A stretch of 64,000 nt of DNA from Heterodontus francisci (lineage: Eukaryota): positions 77,851,174-77,915,173 of the forward strand of contig NC_090381.1 of NCBI RefSeq assembly GCF_036365525.1. Direction: 5' to 3'. The notes beneath the pieces are model-generated. The model did no database searches, was not told the origin of the DNA, and saw only the letters and a list, made by a program, of their open reading frames with translations. Shown one piece after another: positions 62,673 to 64,000 of this stretch. Position 1 is the stretch's first letter. The number at the start of each line of letters is the position of its first letter. Made by a program: the position numbers and the translations under genes.

Positions 62673-63029
62673 GTAGTCATGTCTTACTATCTATGAGTTG
62701 GTAGGAGAGAAATTATAAAGCTCTAAGAGATCACAGTGCTGATAAACTAGAATATTTTAATGAATACAGCAAGTAGCAATTAAGTATCATACAGGCATAT
62801 TGTATATGTTTTTGTGTGGTAGGGGACAGCAGCCAACACTTCACTTGATCAGAAATGCAGGATAAACTTACTGGTGGCCACACAGACACACACACGCAAA
62901 ATTAAAGACAACTTTGCGTATGCATGTTCCTACAATACATTGAAACAGAACAACTGTCAGCTGTAATCAGGGTTGGTTTCTTCAATGTCCACATCATAGT
63001 AAATACTGTATACTACTTTGTCTTTTCAA

Positions 63030-64000
63030 ACAACGTTACACAGAATCATCAATGCCAGAATGGGCTGTGACAGTCTGGCACAAAATGGAATGCTCGGAAA
63101 CCATGGAGCTGGAAACTGCAATGAGAACGGACTTCTGCTCTTGGAACTCTGTGCAGAAAAGTGGCTGTCCATAACCAACAACTTCTTTCAGCAAAAAGAT
63201 CGCTTTAAGACCACATGGAAGCATCCCCACTCTAAACACTGGCACCTGATAGATTACATCTTGATGCACCGGTGTGACCTAAAGAACGTCCTGCATACTG
63301 GAGCCATGCCCAGTGCTGACTATCATAAGACCACCAGCTCGTTCGCTCAAAGCTAAACTTCCATTTCAAGCCTAAGCCCAAGAATAGGCCTACAGACAAC
63401 TCAAAGAAATTTCGAGTCAGCAACCTGCAAACCTCATCTTGCAGAGCTAGATATCAAACAACCTTACAGACCAGACTGGAACACCCTGACCTCACAGCTG
63501 ATTCCATTCCAGAAGAACTCTGGGAATACATCAAAGCTGCAGTACTGGATACTTCCAACGAGGTCATCGGACTCAGCACCAAGAAGAATAGGGACAGCTC
63601 TGATGAAAATGACAAGGAAATTCAAGATCTACTAACAATAAAAAGGTCAGCTCATCAGGTTCAGCCAGCCAGCCACGAGAAAAAGACAGCTTACCATCAA
63701 GCATGCAGTACCCTTCAATGTAAACCTGAGGAACACCCAACATGACTAGTGGATCGTACTTGCAGAAAAAACTCAACTGTACGTTGATACTGGTGACACA
63801 AGAAGCTTCTATGAAGCACTAAAATCTGTGTATGGACCAGCGCATAAAACCCAAAACCCCGAGGAGCGTCAATGGCAAGACCCTACACAAGGAGTCAGTC
63901 CTGGATCACTGGTCGGAGCACTTTGAAACACTCTTCAGCGCCAAGTGCAAAGTGCACGATATGGCCATCAATCACATTCACATAACCTGTCAAAGAAGAA
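63030..64000 (+). mobile_element. RTE LINE endonuclease/linker fragment (continues past window end)
   Basis: NARMG..G.HGAGNCNENGLLLLELCAE..ITNNFF..TTWKHPHSKHWHLIDYIL, followed by FYEALKSVYGP. Confidence 0.85.

Noticed and set aside
1-64000. RT-associated prokaryotic systems (retron, DGR, CRISPR) or a novel multi-gene cluster
   Set aside because: All RTs are eukaryotic non-LTR or Penelope types in a spliced vertebrate gene context. There are no repeat-spacer arrays or operons.

Overview
This is vertebrate nuclear DNA, very probably a shark or other cartilaginous fish, judging from HE1/V-SINE-like and SacSINE1/DeuSINE-like SINEs and abundant CR1, L2, RTE and Penelope elements. The window is almost entirely intronic sequence of a minus-strand gene recognisable as DIS3L2 (3'-5' exoribonuclease). 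Two coding exons are well supported: 35421-35560 (GNLAIHS...KKIFETYLPSSDVSTGLKRGELIQ) and 19040-19093 (GPLRINPKNYQEAFIPSP). Three weaker upstream exon candidates lie near 38.8, 54.1 and 57.3 kb. Most of the rest is nested, mostly decayed transposable elements: several CR1 LINEs, at least two RTE families, L2, a Tx1/L1-group element, Penelope pieces, three SINE families, solo LTRs and hAT-type MITEs. Nearly all long ORFs in the track are LINE fragments or their antisense shadows. I found no convincing new multi-gene system. The most interesting signals are Penelope-derived foldback hairpins with hammerhead-ribozyme cores, 5'-inverted RTE insertions, a locally templated inverted insertion, a SINE/LINE pair sharing a 3' tail, a possible split start codon in DIS3L2, and near-identical CR1 copies flanking DIS3L2 exons. 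Family names come from recognising motifs by eye, not from database searches, and element boundaries are approximate.
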